Origin: a virus | Lineage: Duplodnaviria; Caudoviricetes | DNA length: 33,309 nucleotides | Virus record (IMG/VR): IMGVR_UViG_3300032219_002784 | Coordinates: 1 to 33,309 of that record | Strand: one strand, 5' to 3' | Notes under the pieces: generated by a model | What the model was told of the DNA's origin: nothing | The model's input: only the letters and a program-made list of their open reading frames with translations | Database searches by the model: none | Translations under genes and position numbers: made by a program | Shown: positions 6,537 through 16,300 of the stretch, piece by piece | Layout of the letters: the number at the start of each line of letters is the position of its first letter | How positions within the stretch are numbered: position 1 is the stretch's first letter

Positions 6537-7174
6537 GCTTTATTGTCGAAAGCGCTGGCGGCGGAAACTTCAAACCCGTTCCCTCTGGCGTGCATTTGGC
6601 CCGCCTCTACCGATTAATTGATCTTGGCACTCAGAAAAACGAGTACGAGGGCAAGATCACCTATGTTCGCAAGATCAAATTCGTCTGGGAAGTGCATGGC
6701 AACGATGACGATGGAACTCCCCTTGTCACTGACAAAGGAGAGCCAATGATCATTACCCGCGACTACACGATGTCGTGGGGCGAGAAGGCTACGCTTCGCA
6801 AAGACCTCGAGTCGTGGAGGGGCCGTCCTTTCACTGCTGACGAACAGCGCCGGTTTGACCTCAAAAATGTCCTTGACCAGTGGTGCATGATCAATGTGCA
6901 ACACAAGAATCGTCAAAAGGGCGGAGTCTTTGCCAACATTGTTGGCGTTACCCCCGTGCCGAAAATCGTCCGCCAGAACGGACTACCCAAGGGCCACAAC
7001 CCTTGCGCCTTTTTCCTTTGCAGTGACCCCGATATGGAACTCTTTGAGACCTTCTCGGACTATCTTAAGGAAACAATTCAGGCCAGTCCTGAGTGGCGTG
7101 CAAGCGCCAAAAAAGAAGCCAGTCCCAATTCCGATTCTGGATTTGACGATATGGCTAATGATCTTCCTTTCTAA
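6533..7174 (+). CDS. putative single-stranded DNA-binding / replication protein
   Basis: GVHLARLYRLIDLGTQ, EKATLRKDLESWRG; acidic SSB-type tail DDMANDLPF; near an exonuclease gene. Confidence 0.7.
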   Translation: MSFIVESAGGGNFKPVPSGVHLARLYRLIDLGTQKNEYEGKITYVRKIKFVWEVHGNDDDGTPLVTDKGEPMIITRDYTMSWGEKATLRKDLESWRGRPFTADEQRRFDLKNVLDQWCMINVQHKNRQKGGVFANIVGVTPVPKIVRQNGLPKGHNPCAFFLCSDPDMELFETFSDYLKETIQASPEWRASAKKEASPNSDSGFDDMANDLPF

Positions 7175-7186
7175 ACGAGGCAAATT

Positions 7187-7405
7187 ATGTTCATCTCTCC
7201 CGCTGAAAAAGACGCAATCCGCACCTCCATCAACCTGCTTCAAGAGCGCGTTGCCAACCTAGAAGTGGCCCTCAACAGCATTGGTAGGACTCCCGCCAAG
7301 CCTGCCAAGCCTGCAAAGCAAAAGCGCAATTGGTCGCCAGAGCAACGCGCCGCGGCAAGCGTTCGGATGCGTGAGCGCCATGAAGCAAAGCGGGCGGCTC
7401 AATGA
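7187..7405 (+). CDS. hypothetical basic protein (72 aa)
   Basis: GAGG RBS; coiled coil then WSPEQRAAAS basic helix. Confidence 0.7.
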   Translation: MFISPAEKDAIRTSINLLQERVANLEVALNSIGRTPAKPAKPAKQKRNWSPEQRAAASVRMRERHEAKRAAQ

Positions 7406-8163
7406 CAACAATCGTTGCCAGAGCGGCGGAGTCGCTGCATTGGTACAGGCGTGACGGAACTCCCCAGTACACCGTCACAGCCAAAAACGGTAACGAGCGC
7501 TCTACAACGCTCGCAGACGCACGCAAGATGAATCTGGTGCCCTCGGTCACCACCATCTTGAATGTTGCCGCCAAGCCCGGTTTAGAGCGCTGGAAACAGG
7601 AACAAATGCTTCTGGCCGCTCTTACCCTGCCACGCGCCCCGGATGAGGACGAGCAATCGTTCATCGCCCGGGTTGTGGCGGACTCGAAGGAGCAAGGCAA
7701 GAGGGCCGCGGAGCGGGGCACCCGTATCCACGAAGCGGTCGAGTCGATCTACATGGGCAAGCAAGACCTTTCGATGATTTCCTACCAAATGGGAGTCATG
7801 CGGGAGATTGACCGGGTCTATCAAGTCACGGAATTCGACCCAGAAAAGTCATTTGCTCATGTCTCCGGGTTCGGCGGGAAGGTTGACCTCCACAACAGAG
7901 AGGCCAATCTGGTGCTGGACATCAAGTCCAAGGAATTCACTGATCCCGACAAGGTCGATGTGTATGACGAACACCTGATGCAGCTTGCGGCGTACCGGGT
8001 AGGGCTAGACCTCCCGACTGCTGTCTGCGCGAATGTGTTTGTCTCAGCAACCTTGCCCGGGCTGGTCGTGATCAAGGAGTGGTCGCAAGAAGACCTCGAC
8101 CGTGGCTGGAAAATGTTCGAAAGTCTCTTGCGGTTCTGGCAAATCAAGAATCAACACAGATGA
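7402..8163 (+). CDS. PD-(D/E)XK exonuclease
   Basis: PSVTTIL, AAERGTRIHEAVE, GGKVDL, VLDIKS, QLAAY motifs. Confidence 0.85.
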   Translation: MTTIVARAAESLHWYRRDGTPQYTVTAKNGNERSTTLADARKMNLVPSVTTILNVAAKPGLERWKQEQMLLAALTLPRAPDEDEQSFIARVVADSKEQGKRAAERGTRIHEAVESIYMGKQDLSMISYQMGVMREIDRVYQVTEFDPEKSFAHVSGFGGKVDLHNREANLVLDIKSKEFTDPDKVDVYDEHLMQLAAYRVGLDLPTAVCANVFVSATLPGLVVIKEWSQEDLDRGWKMFESLLRFWQIKNQHR

Positions 8164-8378
8164 ACTATTTTGACGAAAAGAAAACCGTTGAGGTTTTTAA
8201 CACGGTCTGGCTGGAGGGTCAGTACGACTTCCTCTTGGATGACCTAGTTAAGCTCGCCAACGCCTTTGCGGTGGCTGCGGCTCCCGAGATCGCAAAAGAA
8301 GAGAGGCGCCAGTGCGTGAGCTTTGTGCGCTCCCTCAACACCTATGTGGCGCAAGCCTTGGAAGACAAAAGGTCATGA
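8160..8378 (+). CDS. hypothetical protein (72 aa)
   Basis: Start reassigned to ATG 8160 (ATGA coupling). Confidence 0.7.
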   Translation: MNYFDEKKTVEVFNTVWLEGQYDFLLDDLVKLANAFAVAAAPEIAKEERRQCVSFVRSLNTYVAQALEDKRS

Positions 8379-8596
8379 CCCCAGAACAGTTCATTGACGC
8401 GCTCTTCGGGCCGGGATGGACTGACCAGCAACTGCCTGTCTTCCTTGAAATGGTCAAGCGGATGCAAGACGACTCGCGTCGCTACTACGAGATCAGAGAG
8501 GCGCTCGCCAAAGGCGCTTACTGGGTGGCGGACAGAACCTCTCTGAACGCTGTTGACGATCAAATCGATGCGGCCAGATTTTCTGGTTTGCTATAA
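8375..8596 (+). CDS. hypothetical protein (73 aa)
   Basis: Start reassigned to ATG 8375 (ATGA coupling). Confidence 0.7.
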   Translation: MTPEQFIDALFGPGWTDQQLPVFLEMVKRMQDDSRRYYEIREALAKGAYWVADRTSLNAVDDQIDAARFSGLL

Positions 8597-8621
8597 AAAA
8601 ACCCCGGCGCAAGGGCCGGGG
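8595..8621 (-). terminator. rho-independent terminator of the late operon
   Basis: CCCCGGC/GCCGGGG stem (8602-8621) followed on minus strand by T7; lies at the convergence of the two transcription units. Confidence 0.8.
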
Positions 8622-8667
8622 GAATCACTATCGGAGAACGGGCAACTGCGATAGCGAGTCCATCTTA

Positions 8668-10203
8668 TCAGGGAGCCGCCCCTTGTGGTTGATTGCCACG
8701 AAGTCTGTCCAGAGCCATGAGCGCCAACGGAGACATAACGGTTGCGGTCAGACCAACACCCTTGGCAAGCGGGTGAGGGACAGCGGCCAAAACACCGCCA
8801 CCGGCACCAATCCCTGCAATGGTTGCCCCAAGAGTGTCACCCTTCCTGCGGCGATCCATGATCTCTTCAGCACTCATCACAGCGCCGTAGCCACCCAACG
8901 CACCGGAGACAGGCGCAGAGCTAAGAACACGCAACCCGCCCTTAGCAATTTGCCCCAGTTTGGCAATTGCTTCGTCAAGCATACTGAGCGGTGGCGGAGT
9001 CGTAGGGACGGGAACGCGACGGGGCTGTTGTACTAATGTCCCCTCTGGAGGGGGCGCGGCTGGCCCAAAGATAGTGCCCGGAGGAACATCCCTGATCGGG
9101 CCTTGTACTTTAAAAGATTGCCTCGGACCCCTGCCGATGCTTGAGTCAAGCGTCATCAACCCACCAAACCTCGGGTTCTCAACATATGTGTCCAAGGGGA
9201 AGAGTTGCTGAATCTTCTGCAATGCCTCTCGGCGTTGAGTGGTCAGATCATGCACACCACCCGTCTGCTTGGTCATATCCAAAGCACGACCAGCTTCAAT
9301 GTCAGTCAACCCGGCAGCTTTGGCGTAGTTGTACGGCATCGTGCCAGTTTGACCTCGAGCCAGCCTCCCCCCGTCAGGGCCACCAGAAAGAATGGAGGTT
9401 TGCGGGGATTGGGCCATCACGCTTGGAGGAGCCGCAGGAGCAACACCGGGGATAGCCCCGGGAATAGCAGGAGGAGCCTGCCTAGCGGCGATTTGACTCC
9501 GCATATAGTCAGCCAACAATCCTGCGCCTGAAACGGCGTTCTTCCCCATCGCCAGAGAGGTTGCGGCGGTTGCTCCAGCAGCGGCTCCAGTCAGGCGAGG
9601 GATTTGCTCTGCAAGTTTTTCCTTGAAGTCAGGCTCTCGGGCGGTGGGCGCTCCTTGATCGCCGCCACCCAGAGGAATGCCTTGATTTTCTTCAACGGGA
9701 GGCGTTTGCGACGGCTCAGAAGCAGCAGGTGCGGCGGGAGCAGCAGGTGCGGCGCTCGTCGGGCTAAACCCGCCAAAGCCTTCAATAGCCTCTACATATT
9801 TTTTGGTTGATTCAGGAAGATTGTTGGTTCGACCAGAGTTGTATGCGGCAGCGGCCTTTCGAGGGTCGCCATACTGATCCATGTGAGCCTTCAAAATCTT
9901 CAGGCCAATTTCAAGATTCCTGTCAAGACCCTGAAGTTCATTTGGCTCGTAGCCGTAGAGCTTTGCTGTGCTGGGCATGACCTGCATCAAGCCGATTTCA
10001 CCAGATGTCCCGGTGATAGGCTTAAAAACAGAATTGCCGTCTTTGTCTTTTTGAAAACTGCCGTGCGACAACCTGCTTTCTTGGAATGCAATAGAAAGAG
10101 CGAGCTTCGGGTCAACACCCTCTTTCTCTGCCTTATCAACGATCATGTTTGCAATTTGCATCTGTTGAGCGTTGAGGCTGTCAAGCCATTGCATCTTGTT
10201 CAT
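8668..10203 (-). CDS. internal virion protein with N-terminal soluble lytic transglycosylase (SLT) domain
   Basis: AFQES, GEIGLMQVMPSTA, AAAAYNSG, TKKYV; hydrophobic C-terminal helices. Confidence 0.85.
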   Translation of the reverse strand: MNKMQWLDSLNAQQMQIANMIVDKAEKEGVDPKLALSIAFQESRLSHGSFQKDKDGNSVFKPITGTSGEIGLMQVMPSTAKLYGYEPNELQGLDRNLEIGLKILKAHMDQYGDPRKAAAAYNSGRTNNLPESTKKYVEAIEGFGGFSPTSAAPAAPAAPAASEPSQTPPVEENQGIPLGGGDQGAPTAREPDFKEKLAEQIPRLTGAAAGATAATSLAMGKNAVSGAGLLADYMRSQIAARQAPPAIPGAIPGVAPAAPPSVMAQSPQTSILSGGPDGGRLARGQTGTMPYNYAKAAGLTDIEAGRALDMTKQTGGVHDLTTQRREALQKIQQLFPLDTYVENPRFGGLMTLDSSIGRGPRQSFKVQGPIRDVPPGTIFGPAAPPPEGTLVQQPRRVPVPTTPPPLSMLDEAIAKLGQIAKGGLRVLSSAPVSGALGGYGAVMSAEEIMDRRRKGDTLGATIAGIGAGGGVLAAVPHPLAKGVGLTATVMSPLALMALDRLRGNQPQGAAP

Positions 10204-12227
10204 TATTTGATCCCCAGTCGTTCGCGCAGGCTATTGGCGGCAGGGTTGGTGGGCCTACTAGCTGGAGCGCTTGCAGGGCGTGCAGGGCCACTAGCGGCAG
10301 GCGTTGCCGGAGCGGAGGCGCGAGGTGCGGGAGCAGGAGCAGGAGCCGGTGCGGGAGCAGGAGCCGGTGCGGGAGCAGGCGCCGGTGCGGGGGTCGGTGC
10401 GGGGGCCGGTGCGGGGGCCGGTGCGGGGGCCGGTGCGGGAGCAGGGGCGGAAGCCGCACGAGGAGCCGCTGGAGCAGGAGCGGGTGCGGCAGCGGCGCGA
10501 GGAGTGGCCGGAGTGGCCGGAGTGGCAGTCCTTGGCGCGGCAGGTGCGCCGCTCTGCGGAATTTGCACGCCTGCCGAAACCACAATGTCCATCAGCTTTT
10601 TGACATGGCTTTGGTAGGCCTGAGCATAATCATCGGTGTCCTTCATGTCGTCGTAGGGAACGCCATCTTTACGGGCCTTGCGTGCAAGGCGAGACACAGT
10701 GCGATCCCACTCAGCCATCTGCTTGAGCATTTGCATCTTCTTGACCACCGCTTCAGGACGATCAGCAAGGCTGGTGCCCATTGCGTTGAAAAGTTGCCGC
10801 TCGAAGTCAGAGATCGCGCCTTGGCCTTTTGCCAAGCTACTAAACGCAAACTGAGACTGAGCAATCAACGATACCGCAAGTTGCATATCCGCAATGGTCT
10901 CTGGCTTTTCCCCAGCCTGCGACCACAAGTCACGGATGTTTTTGACGCTAATGATGCCGTTATTTGCCTCAAGGTATTTAAAGAGCAAATCCGAAAACTT
11001 CCCGTTTTCAAAGACACCAAAAATCTTGTTAGCGTCCGGCTTCTTCGCGGTTGCCTCAATCGTTCCGTAAAGGGTAATCCTGCCACCAGCATCGTCACCT
11101 TTGGCAATAGCGGTGTTATAGCGTTCGGCATTGGCGGCGCGGACTTTTTCTTCTTCAGTCTTCTGTCCAGCAGCTTCCGCCTCAATATTTGCCGCTGTCA
11201 ATGGCTTGCCAGTTTTACCCTGTGAGGCGGGCGTTTTGAAGTTTTCCAGCCACTGCTTGATCGTTCCGTTGCCCCTAGCTTGCAAATACTGCTGGTACTG
11301 AGCGGGCGTCATTGACACCTCGCCACCAAGCTCAGGAATCAAGAACTTTGACGGGGTCTGCCTACGCTCTTCCGCTCGTTGCGCTAAAAGCTCTTGAGTG
11401 AGGTAATCGGGCGCTTTACCCGGTTCTGTCTCAAAGAACTTGCTAACCCACTCTTTGCCTTTGCCAGATGCGCGAGCCTTTTGATAGGCATCGTACTGGC
11501 CGGGGGTCATCTTTACAGTTCCCCCCGCATCGGGGACAAAGAAGTCAGATGCAGGCTGTCCGGGAGGCATTTCCGCCAAATATTTTCTGGCGATCTTGTC
11601 AAAAATTGCGCCTTGAACATTAATAAATCTATCGGTATTGAACTTGACTGCTTCGACAAGAGCGTCCGCCAGTTTTGACTGGTTCGGAAAAGCCGCCCTA
11701 AAGGCCAGCGCTTGCTCCATCGTAAGGGGCTTGCCCTCCGGCGTAGCGCCAGAGGCAGGCGCTCCAGCGGGCGCACCAACAGTCTCTCCAGCGGGCGCTC
11801 CAGCAGGTGCCCCGGCAGGTGCCCCAGCACCACCAGTAGCCCCGGCACCTCCAGTACCTCCAGTACCTCCAGCACCGCCCAGCAGGCTACGGAACGCCTT
11901 TGTCCCTGCCATTTGCGCGGCTTGCTCTCGAGCGCCCTGAGCGACTTGTAGGCGCAGTTGCGCTATATCGAGGTCTTCTTTTTGTTGCTGGGCTTGAGCG
12001 GCGCCTACCTTTTGAGCCACATTGCCGAGAGCCTCACCAAAACTGCCGGTCTGTCCGGGCGTCAGGAAGCCTTGCGCCGCCGCAAGTAGAGTGGGGTCAA
12101 ACAGCCGATTCTTTCGGCCATCTAGGCGTTGCATCAGTTCAGCAAGCGCCTGCTGATACTTTGCTTCGGTGTCGTCATCAGCGCCAACACTGGGTTTCAA
12201 GGCGGTGGTAAGTGGGCTTGTTGCCAT
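10203..12227 (-). CDS. putative internal virion / DNA ejection protein with Pro-Ala tail
   Basis: Ala/Gln/Gly-rich helical protein, GQGAISDFER motif, position among podoviral ejection genes. Confidence 0.7.
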   Translation of the reverse strand: MATSPLTTALKPSVGADDDTEAKYQQALAELMQRLDGRKNRLFDPTLLAAAQGFLTPGQTGSFGEALGNVAQKVGAAQAQQQKEDLDIAQLRLQVAQGAREQAAQMAGTKAFRSLLGGAGGTGGTGGAGATGGAGAPAGAPAGAPAGETVGAPAGAPASGATPEGKPLTMEQALAFRAAFPNQSKLADALVEAVKFNTDRFINVQGAIFDKIARKYLAEMPPGQPASDFFVPDAGGTVKMTPGQYDAYQKARASGKGKEWVSKFFETEPGKAPDYLTQELLAQRAEERRQTPSKFLIPELGGEVSMTPAQYQQYLQARGNGTIKQWLENFKTPASQGKTGKPLTAANIEAEAAGQKTEEEKVRAANAERYNTAIAKGDDAGGRITLYGTIEATAKKPDANKIFGVFENGKFSDLLFKYLEANNGIISVKNIRDLWSQAGEKPETIADMQLAVSLIAQSQFAFSSLAKGQGAISDFERQLFNAMGTSLADRPEAVVKKMQMLKQMAEWDRTVSRLARKARKDGVPYDDMKDTDDYAQAYQSHVKKLMDIVVSAGVQIPQSGAPAAPRTATPATPATPRAAAAPAPAPAAPRAASAPAPAPAPAPAPAPAPAPTPAPAPAPAPAPAPAPAPAPAPAPRASAPATPAASGPARPASAPASRPTNPAANSLRERLGIK
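10322..10450 (-). repeat. coding (Pro-Ala)n tandem repeat, 6/12-nt units
   Basis: GCCGGTGCGGG(A/G) units encoding about 20 PA dipeptides. Confidence 0.9.
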
Positions 12228-12242
12228 AGCTATGCCTCAAAG

Positions 12243-13301
12243 TTATTCAATAGCGCCATAGAGCCACTCGGGATAATCGCCAGAAGGAGGCACAAGCTCT
12301 CCATAAGACGAATCAACGGGAACATAATTTCCAGATGCGTCCTGCACATATGTCGGAGCAGTGATGGCGCCCGGTGTTTTGCCGCCAAAAAGTTTTCCAG
12401 CAAGCGTTTCACCGAGGCTTGCCAGCAAAGAATCTTTTTTTGCAGAGCCGAGCAAGGTGCCAACGCCCAAAATGCTCGCCAGTGGAGACATAGCGTAAGA
12501 GCCAGCCTTTGGCCCAACAAATGTTTGGGTCTGAGTTGTCGGCATTTGATAGCCGCGCAAGACACCAGAGACATTGGTTGCCTGCTTGAGCGGAGCCTCA
12601 AGCAAAGACTGCTCGTAGGCTTGACGCTCTGATCCCGCTTTGGTCAGGGCGAAGGCTCCGGTAAGTCCCAAGTTTTGCTCTTTGCCAGCCATCTCTGAAC
12701 CCAAGCCCGCGGCTTTCTGCTGGAGACCAGCTTCTTGTATCGCCGCATCAAGCGCCTGTTTATATCCGCCAGACAAAGCACCAAACTGTTGGCCCGTGAG
12801 GTTCGCTTGTACATCAGCCAGCGACTGTCCAAGGGCACTGGCATAGTTACGGCTACCCAACCCGCCAGTGCCAACAAAGCCCGCCTTCATCGTGGGCAAC
12901 AGGTTGCGTTGCAGGTTTTGCTGAGACAAACGCGCCATTTCATCCACCACATTTTGTGTGTATGGATTCATGAATTTGTTGATGTCTTCCTCAGAAATTC
13001 CAGTTCCGGCGGTCAGCGCTGTCTTTGCGGTCTCTAGCCCGGGCTTGTAGGAACCTGCGGCGCTTTCAAACTGTCCGTAGCCAGAGGTTTGTAGCGGATC
13101 GTATCCAGCCACAAGCTCGGAGCCGGTCTTGAGTGTGCCAGCGCCGGTAGTTGGGTCATATGTCCCCGGCTTGTACAGAGCGGATTGCCCCGCCTGAGCA
13201 AGCCCGGTCAAGTAATTTGTGAAATACCCCGGCGCCTCTGTGGCGGTCGTTGTAGTCGTCTTGATGTCTGGCAGCGGAGCGCCCTGCAACAAAGAAGCCA
13301 T
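12243..13301 (-). CDS. putative internal virion / DNA transfer protein
   Basis: FMNPYTQNVVD, Gly/Ala/Gln-rich; coupled to flanking genes. Confidence 0.7.
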   Translation of the reverse strand: MASLLQGAPLPDIKTTTTTATEAPGYFTNYLTGLAQAGQSALYKPGTYDPTTGAGTLKTGSELVAGYDPLQTSGYGQFESAAGSYKPGLETAKTALTAGTGISEEDINKFMNPYTQNVVDEMARLSQQNLQRNLLPTMKAGFVGTGGLGSRNYASALGQSLADVQANLTGQQFGALSGGYKQALDAAIQEAGLQQKAAGLGSEMAGKEQNLGLTGAFALTKAGSERQAYEQSLLEAPLKQATNVSGVLRGYQMPTTQTQTFVGPKAGSYAMSPLASILGVGTLLGSAKKDSLLASLGETLAGKLFGGKTPGAITAPTYVQDASGNYVPVDSSYGELVPPSGDYPEWLYGAIE

Positions 13302-16300
13302 TACTTTCTCCTTTTCTTGCTGGTCTTGAGGAAATCCAGCGGGGATTTAATTTCGGGGGGCAAATCTTTAGGCTTTGCCGATCTGGCATGAGCGCGAATG
13401 CTATGCATCATCTCGTAGAGCTTGTCAGAACCAGCTTTGGTGGAACCATTACCAATCGCGGCGACGACATCAGCAGGGAACACAAATTCGCCGTCAGCAA
13501 GCATTGCAGGAATATCGTCAGACTGCCCGTCCCCCGGCCCAGTTACAGCGTCACCACGACGGAAGTCAACACGCATTTTTCCGCCTGCGGCCATCAAGGG
13601 AGATGCCATACCCCCAGCCGCGTACTTTCCGTACCTCGTGCCCGCGCTACTGCCATTTGCAATTGCGGCAAAACCGCCTTGTGCAAAAAATTGCGTGGTA
13701 TTTTCTTGCCCCAGAATTTCATCTAAAGGCGCTTCGTTTCCATAGCTGTAGTACGGTGCCATGTCTGTGCTTTCTTGGCTTGGTCGATTGTCGGGGATAT
13801 TCGATTGCGCTTCAACTTGTCGCTGGAAGTCCGCCAACAGACCTTCGTAGCCGGTTGAACCGCCTTTGCTTGTTAAAAATTGGGGTAGCAACGGTTTGAA
13901 TTCGTCGGCTACGGCAAAGTTTGACGGAAGACCAAGAAGCCCAGCCAAGGCGGACGCGCTGATGGGCGTGGACAAAGGGGCACGCACCGGAGCGGGCGTC
14001 GGAGAAGGCGCCGGAGGAGGTGCTGAAATAGGCGAGGGGGTGGGCGTAGCAGTAAACACCGGTGCAGGAGCCGGTGTGTACTCTGGTGCCGGGGGTGGTG
14101 CGTTTTCAGGGGCCGGAGCAGGAGCCACAGCATCCGGAGAAGGCGCCACAGCATCCGGAACCGACACAACAGCATCTGGCGCAGGAGCAAAAACTGGCGG
14201 ATATTCAGGCGCTGGCACAAAATCCCCCACGGGGGCTTCTGTGGGGATGGGAGCAGGAACCGGCGCGGGAACAGGCAACGGTTCTGCAACAGGCAAGGGT
14301 TCTGGAGCAGAAACCGGCGCGGGAACAGGCACCAAAGCGGGCGGGAGATCAGGCGCTGGACTTGGGGCCGGGACAAACTCTGGACTCGGTATGACAGGAA
14401 CCGCGAGCGTAATGTTCGGATAGGGTTCCGGTAATGGGGCCGGAGTCAAAGCGGGAGCCTGAACGGGCGCCTCCACCGGTGTGGGTGCTTGTCCCGGAGC
14501 CACGGTAGGCGCAGGCACAAACTCAGGAATTTGCACTGGCAAGACGCTTGGCTCTTGCATCGGCACTTGCGCTGGAGCGGGGACAACAACCGGGGCGTCT
14601 TCCGGTGTTGGCGCAAAAATCAAAGGCTCTTCAGGAATCGTCGGCGCAGAAGGCGCGGCGGGGCTATCGATAGCCTCCACAGACGGCGGCAAAATCACCT
14701 CGGGAATCAATTCAGGCGCGACTTCAGGCGCAACCTCAACAATTTCGGGGACAACTTCAGGTGCAACCTCCGGAACCACTTCCGGAACCACTTCCGGAAT
14801 TACCTCCGGAGCCACATCCGGAACGACTTCCGGAACGACTTCCGGAACGACCTCGGGAACTACTTCTGGCGCAACTTCTGGAACCACCTCTGGAACCACC
14901 TCTGGAACAGCATCTGGCGGCGGCTCAACAACTGGCTGACTGACCGAAGGCACCGGATCAAATAAGTTTACGCCGAGATCGTTGGCGATAGATGCAACAA
15001 TCTCGGGCGTAGGCTTTATGCCGTTGTCTACTAAAAACTGGCTGATCTGATCTTCGTTGGTAACCGGGGCGGTCTCTTGTTGCAACCCACCGGGAATGTT
15101 TTGCCAAGGCTGAATCTCTTCCGTCGTGTCAGAGTAGTCAGACGGCTGGACGACATATTGCGGACGGGTAGGCGGTGCGGTCGGCGCTACCGGCGCAGTT
15201 GGCACAGTTGGAAGAGGAATCGGAGGACTAACAGTTCCCCGGCCAGCGCCAGCACCGGGTAAGGAATAGTCCTTCCCAGTTATCCTTTTGTACTCGGCTA
15301 ACAAATCCGGATTGTTGGGGCTTTTCTCCAAAATGCCAGCAATAGTTGCGGCATATTGTTCATTCATAAACCCGGTCGTAAACCCATATGAATTTGTGTA
15401 TTCATTGAATTTTTTAAACAACGCCGGATTTTTCGCCATCGCAGAATAAAATCTGGGATCGTTGGCGGCAAAAGGACTTCCAAATCTGCCGGGAGCCGCT
15501 ACTCCTGCATCAGTTGTTGTTTTTGGCAGAGCCTGAGCGGTTGCGGATTGTTGATAAACCTCCCGCATTGCATCTTCTACAACCTGCTTTTCTTCATCGC
15601 TAAGGTTAGATGCATCTAATTGTTGCTTCAGCGAAGATGATGTGCTGTAAGACTGTGGATTTTCAAAACCGAGATTTTCTGCTTTTAATTGCTCCGCATA
15701 ATCATTCCAGCCTTGTTGCTTGGCATAAAACTCATTTGGCGATACATTGCCTGCGGCAGTAAAATCTGCGTAACTTTTGAATCCGTTTTCTCTGGCAAGA
15801 TTTTCGTTGCGATTGTCGGCAACATATTTGCTAACGCTTCCAACAACATCGCCATCCTTGGCAAAATCATTGAGCTGCGCCTCTGTCGGATCAACACCAA
15901 ATTCGGCTTTGTATTGATCTCTCGCAGAAACGAAATTATTTAACTGCTCGGTAACGAGCGAAGCATTGCGAATTTCAATATCATTGAAAGCCGCTATGGA
16001 ATTAGTAAGACTGTCTTTTGCCGCAATATAATTTTGCTCTAAAGTCGGCGTTTGCGTTTTCAGTTGATCCAGTTGCTCCTGAGCCAAACGAAGCGAACCG
16101 GGTTTTTCTTCTGTGCCAAACAGTTCAGTATGTTTGTTGTTGTACTCATTAGTTAGGTTGTTTAAATCAGAAATTGATTGATTTGCGGCGTTATTTACAG
16201 ATTGTCCAAAATCATAAATTGATACTACCGATCCATCTGGCTTGAAATATCTTGTGTGCATTCCTCCGCCGCCAGCATATCTCCATCCTTGCCGAGATAT

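Noticed and set aside
7402-8163. Cas4 / CRISPR-associated nuclease
   Set aside because: No Fe-S Cys cluster pattern, no cas genes or array; ordinary phage exonuclease context
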